Positions 41,301 to 54,934 of a stretch of DNA of 64,000 nucleotides are shown here, piece after piece. This DNA is from Octopus vulgaris (Eukaryota). The position numbers and the translations under genes were made by a program. The stretch lies in the NCBI GenBank assembly GCA_951406725.2, contig OX597818.1:26660001-26724000 (forward strand), given 5' to 3'. Within the stretch, counting starts at the first letter, position 1, and each line of letters starts with the position of its first letter. The notes beneath the pieces are model-generated. The model saw nothing but the letters and a program-made list of their open reading frames with translations. It was not told the DNA's origin and made no database searches.

Positions 41301-43233
41301 TCAATAAATTGCAATAATCATATTGCTTTCTCTGCCAGAAGTTTTGACACTAAACAGGCAAACATTGAAATGATAAATTCAACTATTCTTTCTGATCTCA
41401 GCTCAATAAAGATAAATGTGAAAGAGGATATATGTTGGTATGCTGTGGGATGAAGTAATGACTGTTTAATCTTTAGCTATCTCTACTAATCTCTACTTCA
41501 TGAACATGTTTGCTTTTATTTCCTATACAGATCATCGATAACCTACCAATCCCTGCCTCTATCCTTACCAATAAATATAAATAACCTTTCTTCCTCTAAC
41601 CTGCAAGCTTAAGTGAGAAAAAACGTTTTTTCTTTTTTTTTTTTTTTTCATCATTATGAGGAAATGGAAACTTTTTCTTTTGTTATATGCAGCATAAAAT
41701 CTAATAAAAATAACAAGCAAAAGGAATGTTATTAATACATTAAGCTAAAAAGGTAAGAGTTAGAAAAGTGTATCCAACTGTTATCCGTGTTTTAATATAA
41801 AATAAACAAAAACAAAAAAAAAGGAGTGATGCCCACCAATTTCATGGGGGAAAAACTGATCAAGTGACACAAAAGAATATACATGGAACATTGTATTAAA
41901 CAATGAAAAATAGAACACCATAGTATAAACATTATATTTTATTTGAGAGTAAACAGGGGTGTGTTATCTCTCTGAAAATATTATCATCACTTTCTGTTAT
42001 CCATCTGAATATCAATTTATTGTAAACCAAACAGGAGGATGATTTTTCATTCAGATCTAGTGTATTATGAATACTTATTTTATGGGGCGTTGAAAGATAA
42101 AAGAAATAGTGGAATCCAGCAGAATTTAAACCCAATAGTTATGATATATCAAACTAGATACTGCTTTGACGGCCCTCACCATCAAAATATCAGTTTAATT
42201 TCATACTACTTCACTTCATTAATCTAATTCAAAGTTTTGAGATAGTTTTTTTCCATATTACTTTGACCATAATGTCGACATGTTATGTAATACTTTCTAA
42301 GCATGCACACACAATCAAAGCAAATGATCACCAGAGAATATATTCTATAGCATATGAAGAAATCAATATTTTAAATATCTTATATATTAACTGGACATTG
42401 AAATTTATACATGCAAAAATTTAGTAATCTACATCCAGCTGGTTACTTTTAAATATCATCATAATGTAACTGAAAGAAGAAAGTTTATATTAGGTTATGT
42501 TTGTAATATTTCAGTTGTATGGCAAAAAAAGGGGAGGTGTTTGTTCTTGCCTGTGCAAATGTGCATTATTAGCCATAAGTCATAACAAGACATTTGTCAG
42601 TGAAGGAAAAGTTGATCTGAATGAATAAATTATTATATCCAAGACAAAACTGGAGTGGAAGGCTGTTAGAATTCCTATAAAAACTTGTTTACAAAGTTAA
42701 AACAATATTTCACTGAATCTCGATTCTCACAGAAGCTGCTTGTTGATTGCCCGATACTGCTTTTTCAAGAACTATTCAAATTCACACAAATTCTTAAAGA
42801 AATTTTTCATCATCTCCTGCCATCAAGAACAAAGGTTCTGTTCTTATCATCTGTTAATCAACTTCAAACTGCTGTCACTTTTTGTATTAAGAACAATATC
42901 CACTGTATAAGGATTCTTTGTCTTTTCAGTTTTCTGTAGCCATTTTATTCTCATTATTTTAATGCCAACAGTATTAATGGTTTCTTGCAGAACCAGCAGT
43001 AATAATGGCAGATAAAAGGGAATATTCTTTGTTGTACTCAATCCACTGTGATTGTCTTCACTATTTTTTTTAAAACTTATATTGTTTAAAATCTGCTGCT
43101 GCAGGAAGTTCTTTTCAGAACATTTATAAAAAAAACATGTGTGTACATATACACGCAAACACAATTAGTTTGCTTACTATGAATTTAGTTGTGAATTTTG
43201 TCAGTTATGATGTTGATCTTGAAAACATTTACT

Positions 43234-43239
<6 letters not shown>

Positions 43240-43292
<53 letters not shown>
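43240..43292. repeat. (TC)n microsatellite
   Basis: Directly visible. Confidence 0.95.
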
Positions 43293-43295
<3 letters not shown>

Positions 43296-45772
43296 TCTTG
43301 TTCTCTATTTCTCATCTTCCTTTTTATCCATCTTGCCCCTCTCTCTCTCACACACTCACAGTACACAAATATATTTAAGAAAAAGTTATTTCCAGTGTTA
43401 TTACACAGTTTGCTTTGTGTCTTTTCCTTCTCTCCTGGAACAGAGGGCTGCATCTATGGTCTCTGCTGGTCTGTCAACATTAGTGAAATAATGCAGTTGA
43501 TATTCTTCTTGAATAATTCCAAGAAAATCATGACCAGGAAGAGAATTCCAGAAGGTTTATGATCCAGAGAACTGGATATAGTGGGCCTTGGAATGTAGAC
43601 TCAATACAGGTGACTAGAGGAAGAGAGGCAGTAGATCAGATGGCACAAGATCAGTCAGTGCTGAGGAACTGAAACTCCTGTAGTAGTAGTTGAATAAGCA
43701 GAATGTGTAGACAGCATGTCTATTGGTCAAACTTTGTGCCAATCTCAGTTGAGTAGCCTTTTAATGACAGGAGCCAGCCAGCTAGGTAGATGACTACCCC
43801 AGGCTACTGTGTCTATTTTGGCAGGGCTTTCACAGCTAGATGCTCTTCCTAACACCAACCACTCTGCAGAGTGGACTAAGTGCTTTTTATGTGGCACCAG
43901 CACAGGCAAGGTCAGTCTTGGCATGGTTTTTACAGCTGGATGCCCTTCCAAATGCCAACTACCTTACAGTGTGGGTTGGATGCTTTTTACATGGCACCAG
44001 CACCAGCAGGGTTACCAAGTAACTTGCAAGACAAGGAATTTTTAGGGGGCGGGGCATTGGAGGAGAAAATCTTGGTCAGATGATGAAAGGTTAGAGTGTG
44101 ACAGAGAAACAGAGAGGCAGAAACAGATGTCTTGCTATAGAGGAGATACATGGTTATCAAGCCAGAGTGAGAGAGGGAGGGAAAGAGAAAGAGAGTGGAA
44201 AACAGCAAAAGTGCAAGAGGGAGCAGGAGAGAGACAGTGGTGAAGTGCCAAAGTATACTCACAAGTAACAGAGATCAGAGCATAGTTGGGATGGTAGGGT
44301 AAAGAAGAGAGAGATAAATGGTAGGAATCGCCAAGGCATGCCCTCAAGGTATGGGAGTCATAATATACACAGCCAGGTATTGCCAAGAAAGTGCAAGTTG
44401 GGAGTAGGGATTGCAGTGATTGATGAGCGATAAGTAGTGTGTGAAAAGGAAATGTAAGGAAGAAAAAGATGCATTTAGAAGAGGTATAGTTCGTTTTTTT
44501 GGGTAGGGTGTGTGAAAAGTTTGTTGTTACATGTTGGTGGGAAACAATACTTCTAGCATTCAGTTTTGCTGACATGAGCTGGTCTTCTCTAGAACCTATA
44601 TATATATATATATATTTATAAAACTTACTTGGAAATGGATGCGTGGTGTTCAATCATATAATAATATAAATATATATGCATACATACACATATATATGTA
44701 CATACATATATTTGTATATACATGCATATATGGGCACAGGACACCACAGAACGTAAACAACAAAATAAACATAAAATATGAAAACAACATGAAATGCAAA
44801 ATATGAAAACATGGAATACAAACCATTTTTGCAAACAATGAAATAAACAAACGGAAAACAAGACAAGCAACACGAAAAAATGACCCTTCATCAGTTGTTG
44901 GCTGTTTTTCTACTTCGTATTTTGAGTATTTCACAACAAGATACGTTTTCGACATAACACTTGCTCCTGCAAAGCAAATTAAATAAAATTTGGGATTTTG
45001 CAGAGGGTCAGAGTTGGTAACAAAAACAAGACAGTGAAAACAGATAGGAAGGGCTGCTAAGCCTAGATGAATTAAGTTGGTGAACACAGAGAGACGACTT
45101 CTGACAGGATACAGACAAGAATGTATCCAATCCCTGTGGCTGATCCCCTATCAGGTAGCTTTTAAGCTAATATATAGCTTTTAAACTACTGACCCCCAAA
45201 TGGGAAGATCTGCAAACAGATCTCTGACTTGTTTTGGAGAATTTGTTGCAATTGTTTCCTCCAGAGTCATATCCCAATTATGATCATATTCGTCAGAAAA
45301 AAAATCACCAAAAATAATCACTGGATTTTGCAATTAATTTCAATTATTCACAAAATTTATTTCCAAGTTATAAAAATTGTCATTATACAAAGCAATTTAT
45401 TGCAAAAAATCATGTAAAAAACTGCCCAAAACAATCACAGTAATGAAAACTTGGGAATCTAAAATTTCAGGATTGCGGGTCTGGATTTGGCCTGGAATGT
45501 TTTTAATTTACTCATGGAATTGGCCTGATTCCAAAATGGTATGATATGTTGGGCTACGGCCTCTAGGAGTAAAGTTGAAAAAGTGTGACACACTGACATT
45601 CGCATTTATTATAATCTTGTAGAATATTGTGCAAAGTTCATCCACAGTTACCAGCTATCTGATATCATTATACAATGAAAATGCTCCTGCTATTGGGTAC
45701 ACAGGTTGAGAATGCATTGAAACATTTGTAGTGATTTTGAATAAAGAATGTTGTTAAATTTATTTTATTTTA

Positions 45773-46118
<346 letters not shown>

Positions 46119-46185
46119 TACATGGATACACATAACTATTGAAACTGAATGTTATCCTTCTTTTTAATCTATTTTTAATAATTAG

Positions 46186-46321
46186 AAATTCATTGCGGCT
46201 TGCTATTCGAAAATTGACTTATGCTCCTGAAGAACCAGCACCGCAACCTAGTGCTGAAAATACTAAAGAATTCATGATGAGTCCAGGAAATATGAAGCTG
46301 GAAGCCTCTCTTGATAAAGAA
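46186..46321 (+). CDS. ARRB1: Beta-arrestin exon (136 nt): NSLRLAIRKLTYAPEEPAPQP...LEASLDKE
   Basis: aattag|A acceptor, GAA|gtaaca donor; polar-core IRK motif. Confidence 0.96.
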
Positions 46322-46917
46322 GTAACATTTTCCATTCCTTGAACATTTATCTTGATAATTATGTAATCCAATACTGTTTTTCAGTGCTGTTTAATTGATA
46401 AAAAAAAATTACATCTCATTACATAAAAAGTAGGTGAAACCAAGTTATAATTCTAGTTCAATACTGATGAAATGTATGTTATCAAGCTGAAAAAATTTTA
46501 AGAATGACACAAGCATTCACATCAGTCACATATTTTTTTCAATAAAAAAAAATTATTTACTTAAAATAAATAGAGGTAGCCATAGCCTGTTAGGAATGTT
46601 TTTAATAAATATATTAAGATTTTCACAGTAGTATTTCAGATGACTGAATCTTTGAATTTTGGTTGTACTACATTCCTGCTAATAACATCCATTTATTCCT
46701 TCCAGATGTTCATTTATCTGCCTACCATTAGTCTTTTAGTGCAAATCAGATTATTTTTCTATTATTCTGTTATCAGTTTCAACTAGAGGCTGTGGCTATG
46801 CTGGGCAAATTCAAAGCCATATATATATATATATCATCATCATCATCGTTTAACGTCCGCTTTCCATGCTAGCATGGGTTGGACAAATAATATATATATT
46901 ATCAATAATAACAATAT

Positions 46918-46969
<52 letters not shown>

Positions 46970-46997
46970 ATGTATGTATATGCATATATGCATGCAT

Positions 46998-47028
<31 letters not shown>

Positions 47029-47032
<4 letters not shown>

Positions 47033-47475
47033 GTACATAAGGTATTTGAAGGCAAATGTGTTTTGGGGATTTTTTTGAGAAAAACATACATATAATAACT
47101 TTATTAATAAAAAATTTGTACATATAAACTAGATTATCTTCTTTATAATTTTATTCAATGTAGCCTGCTATGTAAGACCTGAATTGTCTACATGCCTGAA
47201 TTAAAAGGTCCTGGTTTATATCAGACATTACTCTGACAATGGCTGCTTTCAAAGAATCCCTGGTGTTGTGGGGATGTTGATTGACCTCTCTCTCAACAAT
47301 ACTCCACACATAGAAGTCCAATGGATTGAGAGCTGGTGAATTTGGATGCCAAATGTTAGGGGTTATGTGGTTATGAAAATTGTCAGCTGTCCATTCTTGG
47401 GTTGCTTGAGCCTTATGTGATAGTGCAAAGTTCTGCTGAAACATGTACAGCCTTTCATTGCATACTCTATCTTTT
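47029..47475 (-). mobile_element. DD37D/maT-like Tc1-mariner relic (3' part), abutting a minus-strand SINE head at ~47476-47553
   Basis: ORF MFQQNFALSHKA...WHPNSPALNPLDFYVW; CAGGGT terminus at ~47029. Confidence 0.8.
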
Positions 47476-47718
47476 ACCCAAGATGCCATGCAGTGGGATT
47501 GAACCCAAAACTATGTGTTTGCAAAACAAGTTTCTTACCACGCAGCCATGCCTACAAGGGAGATTCCTCATAAAATCCTTTTATCCACAGAGTCTTTTCT
47601 TGCCTTTCATTTTGTTTCTTTTATTTTTCTTGCTTTCTTCACATTCAGTTACCTCATCACCACCAATAATAATTTTAAACTTTTCAAATCTACTATCTTC
47701 TTTATTGTCTACTTGCAG

Positions 47719-47803
47719 AAATACTACCATGGCGAAAGCTTATGTATTAATGTTTTGGTTGACAATAATACTAACAAAAGTGTGAAAAAGATCAAAATCT
47801 CAG
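47719..47803 (+). CDS. ARRB1: Beta-arrestin exon (85 nt): KYYHGESLCINVLVDNNTNKSVKKIKIS(V)
   Basis: ttgcag|AAA acceptor, G|gtgagt donor; YYHGE and NNTNK motifs. Confidence 0.97.
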
Positions 47804-48246
47804 GTGAGTTCACATTGTCTATGTTTCCCAACAATTATTTAACCTTTTTTTTTTTACCATATTTCTGTTGAGATAGATTATCTTCATTCCAATTAATTAT
47901 GAAAATAATAAAGAATTTAGTAGTAAAATAAATTAGGTATAGTTAAGCTGGTGTCTGAAACAAATTAAAATAAAATTTTGATGGACGGTTAAGTTTAAAT
48001 CACTTTAAAACTGGAAGTTTGTGTCATGGAACCAGAGCCAGTCTCAGGCAGGTGAGTATCATAAGACCATAAGGTTTAATTCTGATTAAAGTTGTGTATG
48101 GTAGAATTTTGAACTTACATTTTCTTTATTTTAATTCCAAACCACATTAGTGTTGATTTCCACCCTCCCCGCTTTTTTTTTTTTTTACTCTAGCATCAAT
48201 AAAAAAGGTACCCTTAATATATTAGTGTTAATATTTAATTCCAATA

Positions 48247-48459
48247 AAGGCAGCAAGCTGGCAGAATTGTTAGCACGATAAGCAAAATGCTTAGCAGTAT
48301 TCCATCCATTTTTATATTCTGAATTCAAATTCAGTTGAGGTCAACTTTGCCTTTCATCCTTTCAGAGTTGATAAAATAAGTACCAGTTGACTACTAGGGT
48401 TGATGTAATTGACTTACCCACTCCCTGAAATTGCTGCCCTTATATCAAAATTTGAAACG
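48247..48459 (+). mobile_element. Family B SINE with TSD
   Basis: AATATTTAATTCCAATA(AA) duplicated at 48230 and 48460; body matches the 28835 copy. Confidence 0.88.
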
Positions 48460-48639
48460 AATATTTAATTCCAATAAACTAGCAGAATATTGAATTCTTA
48501 AATTATCTTATAACTTATTTCAGTGCTGAAATAAATCTTAGAGAGCTCTAGCCTATAAGCCTCTTAGACCCTTTTGGCTGATATATACACATTCTCTACT
48601 ATTCTTGATATCCAAAAACAGCCACCATTAATCTTGACA

Positions 48640-49995
48640 ATACAGCATCACAGACACCTCGGAATATTAATGGAGTATTTCATTCTAATGTTATTACACA
48701 GTAGACAGTATCAAATTGGTTTGCAAAATTTTGTTCTGGTAACTTTGACCTCACAAATGAGCAATGCAGTTGACTAGAAACAAAGGTGTATAATGATGAA
48801 CTGAAAGCCACCATCAAGTCAGATCCATCTCAAAGTGCCTGTAAATTATCATTGTTGTTTGGTGTTAACAAGCAAACAATATTGACTCACCTAGTTCAAA
48901 TCAGTAAAGTGAAAAAGTTGGATAAGTGGGCTCCACATGAACTCAATGAAAATCAGAAACAGCAACGTTTGGAAGCCTGCATTATGCTACTTTCTCATCA
49001 CAAAAAGGAATCATTTTTTAATTGAATTGTAACATTCGATTAAACATTCAGCACAGTGGATGGACAAAGATGAGCCACCAAGACACAGTCCAAGAAGCAA
49101 AATTCATCAAAGGAAGCTGATGGTGTGTGTTTGGTGGTCTGGCACAGGTGTGATCCATTTTGATTTCATTAAAACTGGTTCATCAATCATGGCTGAAGTA
49201 TGCTGCAGCCACCTGGACCAAATGATGCAGAAACTTACAAAAAAACAGCCTAGATTAGTCAACAAATCCACTCCTATTTTATTGCAAGACAGCAAAAATG
49301 ACATTGATGAAACTGCAGGAGTTGAAAGTTCTCCTTCATTCACCATACCCACCTGATCTTGCCCCCACTGACTACCACTTCTTCCAGAATTTGGATAACT
49401 TTTTGATAGGAAAAAATTTAATTCTGACAATGCTGTAAAACAGGCCTTCCAAGATTTTATTTACTAGATTGCCAGGCTTTTACAGTTCCAGGCTGGACAA
49501 GCTACCACTGAAATGGCAATAGTATGGATGGAAGCACTCCGTCGGTTACGACGACAAGGGTTCCGGTTGATCCGATCAACGGAACAGCCTGCTCGTGAAA
49601 TTAACGTGTAAGTGGCTGAGCACTCTACAGACACGTGTACCCTTAACGTAGTTCTCGCGGATATTCAACATGACACAGAGAGTGACAAGGCCGGCCCTTT
49701 GAAATACAGGTACAACAGAAACAGGAAGTAAGAGTGAGAGAAAGTTGTGGTGAAAGAGTACAGCAGGGATCACCACCATCCCTGCCGGAGCCTCGTGGAG
49801 CTTTAGGTGTTTTCGCTCAATAAACACTCACAACGCCCGGTCTGGGAATCGAAACCGCGATCCTACGACCGCGAGTCCGCTGCCCTAACCACTGGGCCAT
49901 TGCGCCTCCACGGCAATAGTATATTGACAATATGGATGAATAAAACTATTCCTTGTGTTTATAAAACATTAGCAAACTTTTTTTCTTTTTCTACA
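48640..49995 (+). mobile_element. Hsmar1-like mariner relic carrying a nested SINE
   Basis: KVKKLDKWAPHELNENQ (WVPHEL), KIHQRKLMVCVWW and PYPPDLAPTDYHFF motifs, with stops. Confidence 0.88.
49526..49911 (-). mobile_element. Young CpG-rich tRNA-derived SINE (family C) with 11 bp TSD
   Basis: Head GTGGAGGCGCAATGGCCCAGTGGTTAGGGCAGCGGAC...GGTTTCGATTCCC (A and B boxes); TSD GGCAATAGTAT at 49515-25 and 49912-22. Confidence 0.92.
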
Positions 49996-50096
49996 AATTT
50001 CATACTTGATGCTCTAATACATACATACAAAAGAATTTTTTGCGTAATAAGATAAAAAACCAAGGCTGTGTAGATATTAGAGCATTTATAGATAGA

Positions 50097-50150
50097 AGGT
50101 CTTACAGCTGTTTCTAGGATATTTATTGATTATATCCTTTCATCGGAGAT
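50097..50150 (-). ncRNA. Candidate minimal type I hammerhead ribozyme (Penelope-like-element type), U4C core variant
   Basis: Minus strand TCT-CCGATGA-A-AGGATAT[loop]ATATCCT-A-GAAAC-AGCT-GTA-AGA. Confidence 0.55.
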
Positions 50151-50455
50151 GGTGTGAGAGGATGGTTGAGTCATAGTTAGCTTAGATGTGATACAAAATA
50201 GAGAGTGAGGTGGAGGAAAGAAAATAGATGCAAGATATGTATGGATGTTGAAGTTGTAAATCCATTTTTTAGGCATAATGGTATATATGCAATATTCCAA
50301 TATCTTATGAGTAAAGTCCAAAAGTCCAACAGAGTTTAAGATGGGTCCTTCCAAATATAGAGTTTATAAGCAATGTAAGATTCCCTTATGAGTGAGATCC
50401 AGCAGATTTTTAAATTTGGTCATTCCCAGTAGAGAATTTATATAGTGTTGCAGAC

Positions 50456-51311
50456 ACAGGGTAAATTGTCACCATTTTATATTTTTAATTTTATGTATGC
50501 ACATTGTTTGTTTTTTATTTTGTTGGCTACATAGTATAGTAAAGTCAGTTGGGCACCATCTGTGAGAAAAACAGCATCATGACACAATTCACTCTGCCAG
50601 AAATTTGGAAACGACTTGCTGTACTGCTTGGCATTTGCACTAGAAGCTTCAATACTTAACATTTCAGAGTGTTTGCATGTCAATCTGAGGACATGTACCA
50701 AGAGTGATAAAAATCAAACTTCCTGTCAACATTATGGTGTTTGGAGTAATCACTAGTGAGGGCGACCTTATTCATCTTCCCACCCAGCCTCAGACTCAAC
50801 ATGAAGGCCTACATCAAGTGCCTGGAGGAGGTAGTGCTGCGCTGGGTCAAAGGGTGGCTGCTGGAAGACCCTATATCTGGCAACAGGACTCTGTGATTAC
50901 TCCAAACACCATAATGCTACTCAAGCAGGAGAACCCAGTCATAGCTATCAGACAATTTCTGAGACCATATCACCCCTAACTTCCCAGACTTCAACCTCCT
51001 TGATTATTATGTGTGGGGCACAGTTGAGCAAGAGACCAACAAAACTCCTTGTAACTCCAAAGATGAACTGAAGGCAAGGATTATGGCAGCATTCACCAAC
51101 TTAAACAAGGAGACTGTCCAGAAGAGTTGCTGGAAATTCCAAAGTTGTTTGGAGGCCATGGTTGAAGCCAATGGCGATTTTATTGAACAAGTTTTTTCTC
51201 TTTAGTATTTCAAGATATTTTTATGTAATTTTGGTAAATATATCTGTTAAAATGAAATGCGTTATTTTCATTTTTGCATAATTTAAATGACAGATTATTC
51301 ACTGCACCCTG
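50456..51311 (+). mobile_element. DD37D/maT-like transposon relic
   Basis: MVFGVITSEG, YIWQQDS, PDFNLLDYYVWG...NSKDELKARI; CAGGGT...ACCCTG termini. Confidence 0.82.
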
Positions 51312-51526
51312 TGTGTATATATATATATATAGGTGTATGGTTGTGTATATATATGTATGGTTGTGTATATATATATATATAGGTGTATGGTTGTGTATAT
51401 ATATATAGAGCTATATCTATCTATATGTGTGTGTATATATATATATATAGGTGTATGATTGTTTTTATATGTATCTGTGTGTGTGTATACATATATACTT
51501 ATTTTCTATTTCTTTTTGTCTTGCAG

Positions 51527-51599
51527 TGCGACAAGTTGCTGATATTTGTCTTTTCTCTACTGCACAATATAAGTGCACTGTTGCAGAATTGGAAAGCGA
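51527..51599 (+). CDS. ARRB1: Beta-arrestin exon (73 nt): (V)RQVADICLFSTAQYKCTVAELES(E)
   Basis: ttgcag|TG acceptor, GA|gtacgt donor; ADICLF and AQYKC motifs. Confidence 0.96.
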
Positions 51600-53160
51600 G
51601 TACGTTGATATTTTATATCCTATTTGTTACCTTAGTAATTTATTTAGATTGATTGAATGATATAATACCAATATTTGTTATCACTTGTAACTGTTGATTA
51701 TTATCCATTAAAAGCTGGCATCACTGTAACTGCTGATTAATTGCTCCACCGTGATTATTGATTAGCAACCGGCTCCACTTTTTCTTTTTTCCTTTTCTTT
51801 TTTTTTTTAAGCAACTGATCCTGATACTTGTTGCCAATTACTGTTGATTTATTGCTGGTTGAATTCAACAATTTCCAAGCAGAGTTAGCAATGCTTGGGA
51901 TCCCAATATAACAAATCAATGTTTTAGTACCTGTTGAGACAAATTCTCTGTTTTCCTTTCCTTTTTTTTTTCTTTTTTTTTTTACTGCATAATACCAAGT
52001 AGTTGAATAAACAGTATCTGTAAATTAATGTTATGTTTTTAAAAAAGATTCCTCACTAGATGATAGTAAAAGAAATTTTACTGTAAAGAATACTAACAGA
52101 TGTTTTTATATTATATTCACAATCCTTGCTATCTAGAGCAATTCCTGGTAAATTTTTTTAACTCTTGCACAGACAGTAGAATAATCATCTGATTATCAGT
52201 TTTCAAATGCAATCATTTTCTGTACATTTTTGATAATTTAAAGTATTTCTATAATGAGTAGGGTTTTTTTTTCCTTTCTCTAAATGGATTTCCTTAAAAT
52301 AAATTCACATATTAATCCAATTTAGTTACTTAAGAGAAGAAAAACTTAAGTTTTTATACTGAGCAATTAATTTTCTTTACTATTCTTTTTGTGCTCTTTT
52401 ATGTAATGGGGATTATAACAAAGTTTGTGTCTTAGAATAGAGGCACTTTGGTGGTATTTTAACATAGAATCAAATAAATTGCTTTGAAAAATATCTTTTC
52501 AATTGGTATAAAATAGAGATATTTTCCCTTTTAGATATAGCACTCTAGATATATAGGAAATTAAGAAGATAAGTACAATGATAATAGCTGACACACAAAA
52601 CTAAAACATTGATTAATTTGTTGTAAACATGTCATCATTCTGTAAGTTCTAAAATTTTTGTCACATAGGTGTATTCCTGAGAATTTTAGGGAAGGAAAGG
52701 GAGAAGTTATAACATTCATGCTTTCCCAAAAACATTAATGACACAAGAAAAATTAATATTTTCAGACAGTGGAGACAAATCCAGATCATTGTTGTAATTC
52801 ATTTAGAACTCCTACATTACTAAGATCTCTACTAATTTAATTGAAATACTAACGTCCAGTTGAACACTTGTAATACCCAACTGTTGTGGGAGAACTTAAC
52901 TATTCTGTGGATATATGGATCATTAAGGTTGCTTAAATGATGATAATGGTTATGTTTCTTAATTCATTATTTCCAGATTGCTTTTCTTTACATATCTCAA
53001 ACAATATTGCACTATTTGTTTATTAGATAAAAATTATGATTCCTAACAAAAGAAATTATGAATATTACATTGAAAATATGTCAGTGTCCTCATTTATTAT
53101 TCCAGTCTGCTTATCTTTCTTTATCTCATTTTTTTTATTTATTTGATGACCACAAAATAG

Positions 53161-53307
53161 AGAAGGCTTTCCTATTCAACCTAGCCAAACAGGTTTCTGT
53201 AAGGTATATCACTTAACTCCATTGCTGGACAACAATCGAGACAAAAGGGGCCTGGCTCTTGATGGAAAACTCAAACACGAAGACACATGTCTTGCTTCAT
53301 CTACCAT
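53161..53307 (+). CDS. ARRB1: Beta-arrestin exon (147 nt): [48 protein letters not shown](I)
   Basis: aaatag|A acceptor, AT|gtgagt donor; not in the supplied ORF track, translated by hand. Confidence 0.96.
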
Positions 53308-54934
53308 GTGAGTAATTACTCATTCTAGTGATTCTTTTATGTTTCATATTGATTCTTAAATGTGATTGTTAAAACTGTTCTTCTTTTAAGAGGTTATATA
53401 AGGGAGACCATTCTCTTTTTGATTATGTTTTACATGTCTACAAATGTGGATATATTCAAAAATGTCTTTTAAATAATTTATTTCTTTTAAAAAAGACACT
53501 ATATTTAATACAAGAAGTCTGTTATGATGTTAACAAATAAGAGAAATGAAACAGCTTCAATAAAGAATCAAAATTGCATTGAAGAGTTGGTTCATCAAAA
53601 GCTTAACCACTTTCTTGTTCTCTAGTAAACTGCAAAAGTTTTCCTGAAAATATTAATGTTCTATGGTTTAATTTTTTATTTCTGTTAGAAAAATCCTTTT
53701 TTGAAATCATTTTTGAAAAATAATTAAAATCTGTATTCATATATACAAATTACCCATCACTTGTATACTCCCTTACTAGCAGTCATCACCCCCCCCACCT
53801 ATACTTCAGGCTGCCATTCTCCGTCCCTCTCTCTCTATATATATATAAACATACATCATTATCACCATTATTTAACATCCATATTCTATGCTGCCATGCA
53901 TTGGATGGTGTGACCAAATCAGAGATATCCAAGGACTGCATTGAACTCCAACGTCTGCTTTGGCATGGTTTTTACTGCTGGATGACCTTTCTAATGCCAA
54001 CCACTTTACGGTATGGATTGGGTGCTTTTTTCATGTCATCAGCACTGTTGAGGGCACCATGTAGTTCACAGGATTATAAAGCCCAGGAGAAGTGATGGGG
54101 GACAGAGCAGGTTCCTGTGGAGGGATCTGCATGGCTATTCACATCAAGTAAGGGAAAGGGGGAGAGAAAAAGCAACATTAATAAGTAGGAGCTGCAAGAT
54201 GTAGCTAATGGCAATGAGCTGCCCAGGTGGCCCACGAAGCTGTAAGATTGAATGGAAAGGAGAATGAGATGAGTAGTTTGGAGGCAGACTGGCAAAAAAG
54301 GTAGGGTTGAAAGGTGAATGAAACAAGAACTATGAGCTGTGGAAGATAAAGGGACGCGGAAGGAGATAGTCGCTGGTGGGGGGTGGGAGGTGACAAGAGA
54401 GTGATATGATATGATTGGGTAGTCTGAAGGAGCTGGGGTGGATACACACATGCATACGCATGCACACATACACATGTGCATACACATACATACATATGAT
54501 GTAGACTAGCAATTTTTTGCAACATATGATCCAGTATCTCTTTTAATCCTGACATAATTATGTGAAAGCATTTAAATTTCCTTTGCCTATTATTAATATG
54601 CTTCAAATCCTTCATGACACACATTTACTTATTCACTATCATGAAGGTACAATCACTCTCCCAACACCTATGTGTGAATATTTAAAGCTAACTCTAACAC
54701 CATATGCTAACTCCATAAGGACCTTTTGCTGTGAAGAACAAGTTAATAGATAACTTGGGTTCACTGTGGACAATACAGTGATCCAGCTTGAAAGGAAAAA
54801 TGATAAACTTTTGCTTTTCACAGTTATGTTTCAAGAGGCTGCTGGATAGGAGATTAGGACATAACATGAGATATTTGCACCTTCATATTATTATTACTGG
54901 AGGGCTGGAAGAATGTTTTCCAACATTATTAATC

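Noticed and set aside
44860-44960. CTGATGA and CGAAA on the minus strand as a hammerhead
   Set aside because: Order and spacing do not give pairing stems II and III in this copy
49835-49911. tRNA gene
   Set aside because: tRNA-like head continues into a SINE body bounded by a TSD; no complete acceptor stem
51660-51870. Editing-complementary sequence for the 51527-51599 exon
   Set aside because: Only short interrupted complementarity (TATCACTTGT vs ACAAGTTGCTGATA); the region is better explained as short degenerate direct repeats
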